Shown: positions 13,681-25,679, counted from the first letter of the stretch. The stretch is DNA of 64,000 nt from Antedon mediterranea (GCF_964355755.1 NC_092675.1:8179812-8243811); one strand, 5' to 3'. Program-made: numbers and translations. Notes: a model not told the origin generated them from the sequence alone.

Positions 13681-15604
13681 TAGACGTACTAGTACTGTGT
13701 AGTGGATGTTAACAATACATGTCTGGCTCTACGAGGCCTTTTTATGCTCATAGGATGGCTTTTTTGGGCGTCCCAATGTAGGCCTATGCCTATAGCTAGG
13801 ACAGATTTCCCATTCCTGCAGGCCTGTAGCCTATGCTCTAGTAGGGCGGCCGGGTGTACTCTGGTCGATTCACCCCTGGTCGACTCGTACCCATGCCAAC
13901 TCGTACTTAACTTCCTACCCTAAACTCGTATCCAACCAAATAATTGGTTTGATTTCCCGCTAGACTAGTATGCCTAGCCTAGCTACAATATTCATTATGC
14001 CCTGCTAAAAAGGTAGATGAGCTACTAGACTAATTACGTAATTCGTATAATAATAACAATAATTGACTAGAAGGCCTAAAAGCGGCGGAAAACACCTATC
14101 CATTCTTGCATGGCAGTACGAAAACCTGCCTATGGTTGTACATCATTGTAAATTGTCAACACACACTGTGCTACAGACAGTGTACCATGTGTTAAAAGTA
14201 CAGCATTTATAGCAGACAGCAACGTGTATAACTTTCTATAGTTTTACAGATAGCACCTGTGGACAGTAGCAGAATCGGGTGTCTCGAGAGCTCTACCAAG
14301 GAAGTATATGAAAAACATATTGCCATCTGTAAAACTAATTGATACCAAGACAAAACAATATATACGACAATTAATTTAGAACAAGAAATAAAACATGCAA
14401 TCAATTAAACAAGAATAGAACATAAAATATATTTACATAAGAGGTACAGTATGTTACATTTTTTTTTATTATAGGCCTACCATTATTGTAGTAAATTTTA
14501 GGCTACCCATTATTATTAACATATTCAATAAAATGATAATAATAATAATATAATTGTACACATCATAGGTCGTTGACTTGTATCGTGCTTAAAGTTGCAA
14601 ATGACTTACCTTGGTATTGAGCATTTAATCCTATTATGTCCATTTTATTGGAAAGTTTTAAAAGATCCAAATATGATTATTCTTACTATTCATTTATTTG
14701 TATGATGTCCGTGTTTTTTTCTCATAGTGACATAGGTGGTTATTCACTTCAGAAGACGGATTCTTACAAAAGAGTCTAATGCTGTTATTCTTCCTATCTT
14801 ATTGTAAAATAACCTTTTACCTATCAATGTATTTGTGAGATATTTGATAATAATATAGAATCTATTCTTCTTTTTTGTCGCATTGCTGTCATATTTAGGT
14901 ATCATACGGTAATTATTAGTTTTCCATATATTTTATTTGTACTCCTTTACCTGGAAACATAATAAGAGGCCATTAACTCTTACTAAAAGACAAATCATAG
15001 TTATATTAGGAGCCGATAATCTGGTTTCGCACAAATCTTTCCTGTTATTCTTTTGATTTAACATAGAAGATATGTTCATGTTTGGTACTTACCGGTACTA
15101 ATATTGTAAGCAATAATAATGCTAATCATAATATCACACGATAGGTTATTGACATGACATATATTGTATAAAAATTGTTGGAAAGTTTCCAAATAACTAT
15201 TCATTACTATTCATTATATATGTATTGGTATGAAGATTTTTCCGTGATTTTGTCGTAATATTTTACCGGGAAACCCATATTGTACCCAGATAGTTGGTCA
15301 TTTACTTCAACACATATTTTGAAAACGAATTCTTACCAAAGAACCTGATGCTGTTTTGTCTACCTTATTGTATAATTACCTTTTACCTACTGTAATAAAC
15401 ATATTTATTGACGCAAATAACGCAAGTAATATGTATAATAATACATATTAATAAATTATTGATTTATTATACCGTTTCCAAAAACGTGAATTTTTGCATA
15501 TATTACACGTCTATTATGTTGGGTATTTTTTCCACATATTGTTGTTGTAATCCCTACCTGGAAACATAATAAGAAGCCATTCACTCTACTAAAAGACGAA
15601 TGGT

Positions 15605-15611
15605 TATAAAA
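15605..15611 (+). promoter_or_regulatory. Putative TATA box of the secreted EGF-repeat gene
   Basis: TATAAAA about 65 nt upstream of ATG 15674, conserved in the duplicate at 17984-17990. Confidence 0.55.
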
Positions 15612-15673
15612 GGAGCCGTTACTCTGGTATCGTACAAATTGATAAGTTTGATTCTCTACAACTTACAAACAAG

Positions 15674-15755
15674 ATGTTACTCCTCAAGAACCGCCTGTTC
15701 GTTCTATTTGTAGTTATCGGAGTTGCTCATGTCCGAGCATTCCCTCAAACTCAAA
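15674..15755 (+). CDS. First coding exon, signal peptide MLLLKNRLFVLFVVIGVAHVRAFPQTQ
   Basis: AAGATG start and GTAAGT donor at 15756. 82 nt gives phase 1, compatible with the EGF exon at 23764. Confidence 0.75.
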
Positions 15756-16699
15756 GTAAGTTCTGTGTATTTATTTTTTATTATGATACCATACCGCTAC
15801 AGTCCAGACTAAGTATAGTTATTCCGTTATTACGACGTTTGGTGTTTTAGTTTAGCTCATTGGCAATAGTGCGATTTAAACTTGTAAAATTGCAATATCA
15901 ATAGGAATTGCTCTATGGTATCAATTACGATAGTTGATTTACTGTAATTGTCTTTAAAATTTAATTTTAGTTTCTTGTTTGCTTATAAATATTATTTGTT
16001 TATAGTTCCTTGACTTAAAGAGACAGTGAACCTCTATAACTCACAATCTAAAAATCACAATCTATATATAAATTTACGTAAGGGCAAAATTAGATAAATC
16101 GCGGTTTATTTCTAGAATTTTTACTCGATGGTATATAAAGTTGGTTCGTACTTTCGGTACTGATTTTAACCACCTGATGTAACCCTGTTTACTAATTAAA
16201 TTGAGTTAGATAATTAGTTATTGACGATTAAAACGAATTTAGGTTCAACGATTTGCCCCAAATAGGGGTGTTTTCCGATCGTGGTATACACTGTCTAATG
16301 GATGTCCAACTTGAAAAATACCCGCACACAATAATACGAGGACGCTTCGCATTTTCCTATCTCCTCCTACGATAATTGTTTTTAATAGCTGAAAACCGGT
16401 TGAACTGCTCGAGTACAGCATCATAATGTTGAAGACAGGCCGATTTTCTTTAAAAAATACTATTTTGATAGATTTAATTTACGTTTTTACAAATGTATTG
16501 ATTTGCGATGAATGGAACATTCCAATCTCTCGGTCTGCCAGTTTGGTTTAACACAAGTAGGTAAATTTATGAGCCCTTGGAGAATAAACTTGCAATACTT
16601 TGACAATACAGTACTGCAAATACCTATTAACCATTTTTGGTCGTCATTTGAATCGAACATTTCTTACTAATTCTGGCTGTTTACGCAACATATAAAAGA

Positions 16700-17553
16700 C
16701 GTTTCAAATGTTTTTAAATACGAAAAGTATTTTTTTATCGATGTTTTTTATTATGTTTTTAAGCAAAATTCTATCCAAAACACGAATTTGTAATGTTAAA
16801 TGTAATATTTATTGAAGTGCTTTGAATACGTGAAATTTGGAGGTATGAAACTTTGTTAAGGAGTAGAACCAGCTTCCAGCATTAAATGTTAAAAATATGT
16901 TTATATTACTCAATAATTAATGATAATTATTAATAAATTAATAGAAAACTAGAGAGGGCACTTTTCTATCAGAAAATGAATGTTTTTTTATGTGCGTTAT
17001 TATTCCGCTTGAGTTTATTCAATGTACTGTAATGTACACTGTTATACTATTCTATTGGGAAGTAATTATTTTTGTGTGAATCTTCTTGGAGTTGTTTGAA
17101 AGCGTATCCACTTACTTCTTTTCTTCAGAAAACATCTAATTTAGGTCTTAAAGTGACCACTATACACCTCACACCACCAACTTCCAACACGGCATATTCT
17201 GCCCACACACACTTCATCTCTCCTACTAACATAGTACAGTATAAGTCAAAGTAATTGTTTTAAATTTTAAACAACCTGCCTCAAAAAATATTATATAATA
17301 GTAACAATAACAGAAAGGTAGATAGGTATTGTAATAATTTTTTAATTTAAAAATGTAAAAAAAAACTGAATAAATGTTTATACATACATTATAAATGAAA
17401 TAAAATAAGTACTATTTTAGTAATGCATACACAAGTACTGTGCTACAGACAGTGTACCATGTGTTAAAAGTACAGCATTTATAGCAGACAGCAACGTGTA
17501 TAACTTGCTATAGTTTTACAGGTAGCACTTAGGGACAGTAGCAGAATCTGGTG
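16700..17553. mobile_element. Deleted copy of the foldback element: family A joined to the outer ~115 bp of its TIR
   Basis: 17437-17553 matches 14165-14281 and ends exactly at CAGAATCTGGTG. Confidence 0.75.
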
Positions 17554-18065
17554 AAAGTTTCCAAACTTGCAAATAACTTTTCATTACTCTTCATTATATC
17601 TATGTATTGGTATGGAGATTTTTCCGTGATTTTATCGTAATCTTTTACATGGAAACCAATTTTGTGCCCAGATAGTTGGTCATTTACTTCAACACATATT
17701 TTGAAGACGAATTCCTACAAAAGAGCCTGATGCTGTTTTGTCTACCTTATTGTATAATGCCCTTTTACCTACTGTAATAAACATATTTAGTGACGGAAAT
17801 AACGCAAGTAATATATATAATAATGTCATTAATAGAATCATTCTTCACACTTAAATGATTTATTATACCGTTCCCAAAAAACGTTAATTCTTACTAAAAT
17901 GTCTATTATGTTGCCACATATTGTTGTTGTATTCCCTACCTGGCATAATAAAACGCCATTCACTCTACTAAAAGACGAATGGTTATAAAAGGAGCCGTTA
18001 CTCTAGTATCGTACAAATTAATAAGTTTGATTCTCTTGATAAGTGACCTACAACTTACAAACAAG

Positions 18066-18136
18066 ATGTTACTCCTCAAGAACAGCCTGTTCTTTCTTTT
18101 TGTAGTTATCAGTCCGAAAATTCCCTCAAACTCAAC
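18066..18136 (+). pseudogene. Frameshifted duplicate of the signal-peptide exon
   Basis: Net 11-nt deletion after MLLLKNSLFFLFVVI makes the exon 71 nt (phase 2). It lies in a duplicated block, 17554-18278 ~ 15182-15923. Confidence 0.75.
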
Positions 18137-18666
18137 GTAAATTTTGTGTATTTATTTTCTATTATGATAACATACTTTTCAAGACTAAGAATAGTTATGT
18201 CGTTATTAAGATGTTTTGTGTTCAGCTTATTTGCAATAGTGCCAATTACAATATCAATAGGAGGTGATTTATGGTATCACACATAGAGATGAGGCACACT
18301 CGTTGATATCTGAAACAATGCCTATACATGGCTGCAATCGCGTGCTCAAGTTAGTGTTTACCGACCAACCAACCGCCGAAATTCTAAGCGTTAGATTCGC
18401 GATTTGCACGCGACTAAAAAGCAGCACCAAACAAACAGGGGTTATGCGCACTCATTTGTGTCTAATAATGAAAACATTAACACAAATACAAATTAATTAA
18501 ATTTTTTATATATTCTGTATATTTTATATTCATTTTTAACTTGTATTAAGTTGTATGTTACAGGGATTGCGGACACAAATGTGTTATGGCGCTCTGTTGC
18601 TGTCGCAACCCCTGGACCGCTTGTTGTCGAATAAAGAAAAACAAAACAAAAAAAAAACAATGTTTA

Positions 18667-18900
18667 GTGAATGAGTGGCCGAGCGGTTAAGACAGTGGAA
18701 CCGTAATTACGTAGCCATAACATCAGCAAGTGTTCGAGGCTCACTCACTTCATGGTTCTGGTGGTAGAACGAGTCTTCTTGGAGGACTATAAACCGTAGG
18801 TCCAGTGTACACATACTTTAAAGTACCTAGTACCAGACGAGTAAGGGGTTAACCGGGTGTACTAGTATATCACAGCCACTGATCATAATTGGGCCCTCTG
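18667..18900 (+). mobile_element. tRNA-derived SINE (MetaSINE-like body)
   Basis: A box TGGCCGAGCGG, B-box-like GTTCGAG, body motif GGACTATAAACCGTAGGTCC. Related copy at 54818-55111. Confidence 0.75.
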
Positions 18901-20251
18901 TGTTAATTCAATTCAATCATGTGCGACTATACTCAAATATCAAATAAGATTCTGTACAGTATAGGAAGATCATGAAGGCTTGTGACTTTGACAGTTTACC
19001 ACTACTGTTCTTCGTATTCACATAATTTAATTTATGCTTTAGATTAAACTTATGGAAATATTCTTGTAAAAGAAATACTGTATATATTTATTCTGTTGAT
19101 ATAAATAAATGGTACGTATAGTACCACGAATGATGATGATGATGATAGCACTAAGCCAACATTTGTTCCCCTATCTTCTCCCAAACCGCCAGTCCGATAC
19201 CAGCGCTGTTTGAGCTGGGGCACCTTTTAATTCCTCTTTATCCATAAGTCAATATTGGAACGGCAAATTTGTACAAAAATGTGTGTTTTTTAGACCAATA
19301 TTTTTGCAAATGCCGAACGATGCTGTACTGATTTATTTCGAAAATAAATCCTGAACCGGATTGACGATAAGTATTCTGTGCCCATCACTTATTAAAAAAT
19401 ACATAAGAAAATATAACACATCAATCAAAGTACAAAAAGCGTGAACAATGAAATAAATTTTCTGTCTTACCTAACTTAAAGAACAACTTCACCGAGAACC
19501 ATATTTTAAAAACGTGTTAGGGGATATACATATGATTTCAGAGCAATCGCGAGATTTACGATATCACTGCACGTGCTCGCCGTACAGCCGTCGCCGTAAA
19601 TTGCTGTGACGTCACAAGTGCATGGTAACATCTACCTCATTAGTTTTCACTGTTGTTGACAAGAGATAGGTACCGTCCCTTTAATTTCCAATTTGACCGC
19701 TATTATGATTACATTTTCCAGAACGTTTAGCCTAGAGAGAATTGACTATTAACCCACGGGGTAGCTAGAAGTATAACGTATGTGATTACACAATGGATTC
19801 ACTTAACCAAAACACACTCTGTGGTGTCGGTGTGTGGTGGTGATTCTGCAGCCAGTTGATATGCCTACTAGCGTTTATGAATGCCTAATATCATGAACTG
19901 TTATAATTTACTCACCATCGTCTTTGAGTGTTAGGTCGGTGGATTACTATATTTATAAACGTCGATCGTAATCGTTTTTAGTTCGATATGATTGAATGAT
20001 TCCAGGCAGAGCATCTTACGTCATGTTTCCAGCTACTCTTTCGGGCCAATATACAAATCTGGCAGAGCGTGATCATTTCTAGTAAACACAATTTTTTAAT
20101 GAATCGTAAAAAATATAAATTTGGCAAATGTATAGCCTAATACAGGTCTAGCAATTGGAGTGTCGGTGTCTATCAGCTCTTTTTTTGTATGTTAGCAACA
20201 GTTTAAACGCATGAGGTAGATTTAGCCATGCACTTGTGACGGCAACGACTG

Positions 20252-20332
20252 CAGTGGTGGCGCCAGCGGGGGGGCTACGGGGGCTCTAGCCCCCTCGTCG
20301 GGGAGCCTAGCCCCCCCCCCCCCCCCCCCCCC
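20252..20332 (+). mobile_element. hAT-like left end
   Basis: CAGTGGTGGCGCCAG followed by GGGGCT..AGCCCCC palindromes and a poly-C tract. The partner end was not found. Confidence 0.45.
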
Positions 20333-21246
20333 GTCGGGGAACACGGGTACTTTTTGTCGGGGAATATAACATACAGTAAAAAACGTTCGCGTTCACTTCA
20401 TATAGCTTCAGCGCCTAGAAAACCACGACGTTCCATTGACCGTGAGAGTACGTCAGAGGGCACTTTTATGCATTCATTATTGCCAGAGATCTAACTACTA
20501 AACAATAGCTAGTACGCACTTGTTTGGCGGTATCCCTTTGTACAAATCGTTCACCGTTGGGTCGAGACGCGTGATATCATGTTGTTCCATCCAGGGACCA
20601 AAATGTGTAATGTAGTTATTTTCCAGGCGAAGTTTACCGACGGTTACCGAAGGGAACACGGGTACTTTTTGTCGGGGAATATAATATACAGTAAAAACGT
20701 TCGCGTTCACTTTGTAGCTTCAGCGCCTAGAAAACCGCGACGTCTCATTGACCGTGAGAGTACGTCAGAGTGCTATTATGCAATTTATATGCATTCATTA
20801 TTGCCAGCGATCTAACTTACTACTAAACATTAGCTAGGTACGCACTTGTCTGGCGGTATCCCTTTGTACGAATCGTTCAACGTTGGGTCGAGACGCGTGA
20901 TATCAAGTTCCATCCAGGGACCAAAATGTGTAATGTAGTTATTTTCCAGGCGAAGTTTACCGACGGTTCGGGTACTTTTTGTCGGGGAATACAATTCGTT
21001 CGCGTTCACTTCGTAGCTTCAGCGCCTAGAAAACCTCGACGTTTCATTGACCGTGAGAGTACGTCAGAGTGATATTATGAACTTTATATGCATTCATTAT
21101 TGCCAGCGATCTAACTTACTACTAGCTATAGGTACGCACCTGTCTGGCGGTATCCCTTTGTACGAATCGTTCAACGTTGGGTCGTGATATCATGTTCCAT
21201 CCAGGGACCAAAATGTGTACTGTAGTTATTTTTCCAGGCGAAGTTT
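20333..21246. repeat. Tandem repeat, ~3 x ~310 bp
   Basis: CGGGTACTTTTTGTCGGGGAAT recurs at ~20345, ~20659 and ~20969. Confidence 0.85.
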
Positions 21247-21554
21247 ATGGGGCGCCATAAGCAACAAAAGTGTGTAGCTGAAAAATGTATGTGTACATTT
21301 AAAATGTTTGTGTGTGTGATTGCAAAATGTATTTGTAAACCTAAAAATGTGTGTGTATTTGTAAAATGCATGTTTGTAATTGTAAAACGTAGTTGTACAC
21401 TTTTAAAATGTAGTTGTACACTTTTAAAATGTAGTTGTAACAAGAAATGTATACTTGTAACGCTTGGTTAGAGATCTCTAATCAAGCGTGAAGACCATAC
21501 CATTTCTCAAGAGGGGTATACCATGGAAAATGGCTATCTGACCGGCGGCCTGCG

Positions 21555-22147
21555 GCGATTTTTTTTTCGTACATAAGTTGGGGACCCCCTCATGAAACGT
21601 CACAAAATAAACATGAATAATTCATCAGTTAAATTTGTTGTTCCGTGTGCACCCAAGCGTATAGCAACAAGAAGCGATTACACAACTGCGATACGATACC
21701 TTCTACAACAGTAGGCCTAGGATTCTAAGTCAATTCACGCGATTGCCTTCGCGCACTCTTCTTCACACAAAATGTGTCGAGTCGAGGCTAATCGACAGCT
21801 AGGCAAGACATTAAACTAAGTAGTAATTCATTGGACATAGCCCAAAGAAAGCTTAGACCCACAAGAATAAAGAATGTGTATAATTTGTGTACTGTATTTT
21901 TTTTAATTCTGCTATTTTATTATCAAACAATGCATGTACTCAAAGGAACTTTAAAAATGCGCGTATATGAACACATGAGATGGGAAGATTAGACCCACTA
22001 GAATCGTACCACACTTGTGTAATCACTTCTTGTTGCTATACGCTTGGGTGCACACGGAACAAGAACATTTAACTGATGAATTATTCATGTTTATTTTGTG
22101 ACGTTTCATGAGGGGGTCCCCAACTTATGTACGAAAAAAAAAATCGC
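21555..22147. mobile_element. MITE family B, copy 1 (~135-bp TIRs)
   Basis: GCGATTTTTTTTTCGTACATAAGTTGGGGACCCCCTCATG... and its reverse complement. Confidence 0.9.
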
Positions 22148-22430
22148 TACCGGGATGCGGGATATTTTGACGCCATATCTACAATGTCCCTCTCATATTG
22201 GTCTAACTCCTCTCTACGTTGCGGATAAGCTCCGCACAATATATTTTTATAAATGCCAAAGGCATATATGAACTTGTTTAACCTTATATCTTTAGTGTGG
22301 GCATTTGCACCATCCTTGTTGTTGGATTCGATGGATAGACCAGAGTAATACGGAATCATTATTGATGCTAAATTAACATCCCTACCTGAAATGATCTGTT
22401 GCCGGATTGCCGGAGAGATTGTTTCCACTA
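22148..22430 (-). pseudogene. Gag-like ORF1 fragment of a DIRS/Ngaro-type retroelement
   Basis: ETISPAIRQQIISGRDVNLASIM...FIYAFGIYKNILCGAYPQRREELDQYERDIVDMASKY, recognised by motif memory only. Confidence 0.55.
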
Positions 22431-23763
22431 ATAGACAAGTTCTATTTCCTCTGAAATATGGTGTAAGAAGCATTTTTGGGTAGAAGCTGGGATCAACTTG
22501 ATTTAGGATATTTCGACCTCGCTGATTACGAATATGGCGGATCCCAAGCGTTTAATCTATTTAACCATATTTTACATTATTCATTCTGTTAGTTCGCTAC
22601 AATACAATTTCAAAGCAAATTTTTATTATAGTTTATACACAATACCATCTGGAGTAACCCGCGGACTCCACTACAAGGACATTGAATATCAATAGATAAT
22701 TATACCTAGTGACCTCACACAAGGTTACCGTACTAATAAATTAAACGTAAAAGACTAGGCGACATATTTATAAAAACAGGTGTCCCTATCAAATAGATCA
22801 GATTCACTCGACACGGCCCTCCAAGCATATAACGCTCCTGCGAACAACAATACCTCAAGGATGTTAAAAAAACTAGATTTGGATATTCCGCCAAATCTCT
22901 ATCATTATAGACAGGTTCCATTTCTCAAAAAACGGCCTAGAAAACGAATCAAGAAGCATTTTTGGGTAAAAGCTGGGATCCACTTGATTTAGGATATTTC
23001 GACCTCGCTGATTACGAATATGGCGGATCCCAAGCGAAATTCGGCCATCTAAGCCCTTAATTTGAATAATTAAAAATGGTGGCCATTTTTTATAATTAAT
23101 TACCCTATATCTCGAGAACCACTAGTCACAGATAATTAATTTTGGTCTCAAAATGTTTTAAATATATGTTTTTATATTCACTTTAATGACACATTTTCTC
23201 AAAAAATGGATGCAAGTCTTATTTCTGACATTTTGACCTTTATTTTTTAAATATAATTTATTTGAAATTGGTAAAACCAATGACAATTATGTTTGAGAGG
23301 GTCCCTTAAACACAGAAAGACCTACATTCCTGTGTTTGAATTTTTCATTTAGCTATTTCCATTGAGGAGATAATTGTATATACACTTGTAGGTGTAGTAG
23401 GAGAAAAATCTGTATTGTAATTAGGTAATAATATGTAATTGTAACCCAACAATGACTTTAATCTTCAAATCCTTTGGCAGAAAGATGTATACTTTTAAAT
23501 ATGCTATAATTAAATTTTTTTTTTTTTTAAATATTAATTTTTTTGAAAAATAATTAAAATTAATTAATTTATTATTTTTGTATAAATTAAAAATTATTCT
23601 TAACATGATGCATATCATATGAAAGTGCATGAAAATGTCTTTTATATAAAACATAAATCAACTCAATAGGCCCATGTTCAGGTGTTTTATGAGCCAAAAG
23701 AAAAAAATTTATTCAGCCACCTTTTAACGCTAATACTAGAAATATAAACTAACTTTATTTCAG

Positions 23764-23898
23764 GCTATATACCCGTTGGTGATCCTTGTCTAAATCACCG
23801 ATGTGGTGACAACGGAATATGCGTTGCAAATGCGTGGGGAACGGGATATTACTGTCAATGTGTGGGATCGTGCTACAGTGGTGCATACTGTGATATAT
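23764..23898 (+). CDS. EGF exon A (SYIPVGDPCLNHRCGDNGICVANAWGTGYYCQCVGSCYSGAYCDI)
   Basis: cAG/GTAAG, 135 nt, phase 1-1, 7 Cys. Confidence 0.85.
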
Positions 23899-24094
23899 GT
23901 AAGTTTATTCTTTTTCATTACTAGTTAAATTATGGATAATGTTACAGTATAAACAACTCACTCACTGTCATCCTGATCAAAGATCTGTCAGCAAGCAGCT
24001 TTATTTTCATTTTTTTCATATTTATGTTATGTTTAACATCACCAGGTCCATACCCAATTTAAATATAATGGAATTATACACTTTTTTCTTACAG

Positions 24095-24214
24095 ATAATG
24101 ATCCTTGTCATGATTATAGTAATCCATGTCAAAACTCTGGTCTCTGTATTTCTGAGGGTTGTAATTTTTGGTGTAAATGTCCCACATGCTATACTGGTGA
24201 CAGTTGTGAAAATG
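24095..24214 (+). CDS. EGF exon B (NDPCHDYSNPCQNSGLCISEGCNFWCKCPTCYTGDSCEN)
   Basis: cAG/GTAAG, 120 nt, phase 1-1, 8 Cys. Confidence 0.9.
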
Positions 24215-24405
24215 GTAAGACACTGTCTAACATCTTACATATATTACATGAGTTCTTTGTCAGAAAACGAGTAAAATTTAACTAATTTTAGAGATAATGC
24301 CTAAATAAAACAAACGATAGATTTTTCATTGTTGTAACTATTAAACAAAAATCTAAATCTAAAACTTTATTTCATTTGATGACATTTTACTTTATTGTTT
24401 TACAG

Positions 24406-24531
24406 AAATTGATCCTTGCAGTGATATTGACTGTAATGGTGGCAAATGTGATGTAATCTCAACTAATTCAGTGTGTTCATACCAATGTATTAATTGTCCT
24501 GCTCACTATTCTGGAGATAACTGTGAAATAT
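24406..24531 (+). CDS. EGF exon C (IDPCSDIDCNGGKCDVISTNSVCSYQCINCPAHYSGDNCEI)
   Basis: cAG/GTAAG, 126 nt, phase 1-1, 7 Cys. Confidence 0.9.
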
Positions 24532-24624
24532 GTAAGTTACTTAATTCTACATTCATTAATCATTATCAAATAATATTCCATATAAAATCATTTGTGCTTT
24601 AATCATCTCTATTCTATTCTTCAG

Positions 24625-24741
24625 ATACCAATCCATGTGACTCAGTTGATTGTAAAAATGGTGGAAATTGTTACATTAATTCTTATTACCAAGTTTATTG
24701 CGCGTGTCAAGATTGTTATTCTGGAACATACTGTGAAAAAT
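24625..24741 (+). CDS. EGF exon D (TNPCDSVDCKNGGNCYINSYYQVYCACQDCYSGTYCEK)
   Basis: cAG/GTAAG, 117 nt, phase 1-1, 7 Cys. Confidence 0.9.
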
Positions 24742-24835
24742 GTAAGTTTGTTGAATTTTGAATTCAAAATTATTTACTGCAATTACTTAAGTTATTTGAA
24801 TTATAATTAACAATTTATACCCATTTTTGTTACAG

Positions 24836-24955
24836 ATAATGATCCTTGTAATGATGATAGTAATCCATGTCAAAACTCTGGTCTCTGTAATTCTGAGGGT
24901 TGTAATTTTTGGGGTAAATGTCCAGCATGCTATACTGGTGACAGTTGTGAATATT
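24836..24955 (+). CDS. EGF exon E, paralogue of B (NDPCNDDSNPCQNSGLCNSEGCNFWGKCPACYTGDSCEY)
   Basis: cAG/GTAAG, 120 nt. Core Cys4 changed to Gly (GGT at 24913-24915). Confidence 0.85.
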
Positions 24956-25175
24956 GTAAGAATCCTACCCACATACATACAACGTTCTTATATTAATTAT
25001 AATTTTACAATTAAAATACATTTTTCTTAAAAAATAATAATTAATCATTTCAGCATTATTTTCAAATCATTTTGAAAGGTCTTACTTTCCATCCTCCTAT
25101 CTGTTGTAATTGTAATTTTAATTGTGTTTGTATGAATTTATTTCACTAAATTTTAATAAATTATTTTCTGCTTAG

Positions 25176-25301
25176 ACATTAACCCTTGTGAAGATGTGAA
25201 TTGTAATGGCGGGCAATGTGTAGTTATTTCAAACATCAGTCAGTGCACATATGAATGTACCAACTGTCCATATGGCTATACTGGAAACAATTGTGAAACT
25301 C
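25176..25301 (+). CDS. EGF exon F, paralogue of C (INPCEDVNCNGGQCVVISNISQCTYECTNCPYGYTGNNCET)
   Basis: tAG/GTAAG, 126 nt, phase 1-1, 7 Cys. Confidence 0.9.
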
Positions 25302-25360
25302 GTAAGTACAGTATTCAATTACTTGTTAAAGCATGCCATTTGGTTATAAATTCCCTACAG

Positions 25361-25401
25361 GTGTTGGTGCCGTCGTGGAACTACTGGCAATAGATGTCAA
25401 T
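25361..25401 (+). CDS. Half-EGF exon (CWCRRGTTGNRCQ), phase 2-1; first half missing
   Basis: ctacAG/GTAAGT flanks and a CxCxxGxxGxxC pattern. Confidence 0.6.
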
Positions 25402-25451
25402 GTAAGTATGAACACGGATTACAAAATGTATGTGTTTATGCGTTTGTTACC

Positions 25452-25618
25452 TAATTAACAATGCCTCTCGGAGTACAGTGATTTATTTGTTACTAACAAG
25501 ACTCCTATGTCATAATTAACATGCCTCTCGGTCTCTACAGTGATTTATTTGTTACTAACAAGACTCCTATGTCATAATTAACAATGCCTCTCGGAGTACA
25601 GTGATTTATTTGATAAGA
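25452..25618. repeat. Intronic tandem repeat, ~3 x 61 bp
   Basis: ATGCCTCTCGG...TACAGTGATTTATTTG repeated three times. Confidence 0.8.
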
Positions 25619-25644
25619 CTAACATTTTACAATTTTACTTGCAG

Positions 25645-25679
25645 ATACTTCTGGTTACTACGCCCCATACGGAGGATAA
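25645..25679 (+). CDS. Probable terminal exon (xTSGYYAPYGG*)
   Basis: ttgcAG acceptor, phase 1, TAA at 25677-25679, AT-rich 3' UTR with downstream AATAAA sites. Confidence 0.55.

Larger units (their letters stand above)
7092..14281. mobile_element. 7.2-kb foldback-type non-autonomous DNA transposon with ~600-bp TIRs and a 7-bp TSD
   Basis: 7092-7690 is the near-perfect reverse complement of 13682-14281. Termini CACCCGATTCTG...CAGAATCGGGTG. TCTCGAG flanks both sides (7085-7091, 14282-14288). Confidence 0.85.

Noticed and set aside
18667-18745. tRNA gene
   Set aside because: No intact cloverleaf; it runs directly into a SINE body.
16016-19684. Kolobok element between TTAAAGAGACAGTG and ACCGTCCCTTTAA
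   Set aside because: The ends match only loosely and enclose a host duplication; they are probably ends of separate elements.
21246-21499. Complete IS3EU-like MITE (TATGG..CCATA with 21-bp repeats)
   Set aside because: No TSD and no extended TIR match; at most a fragment.
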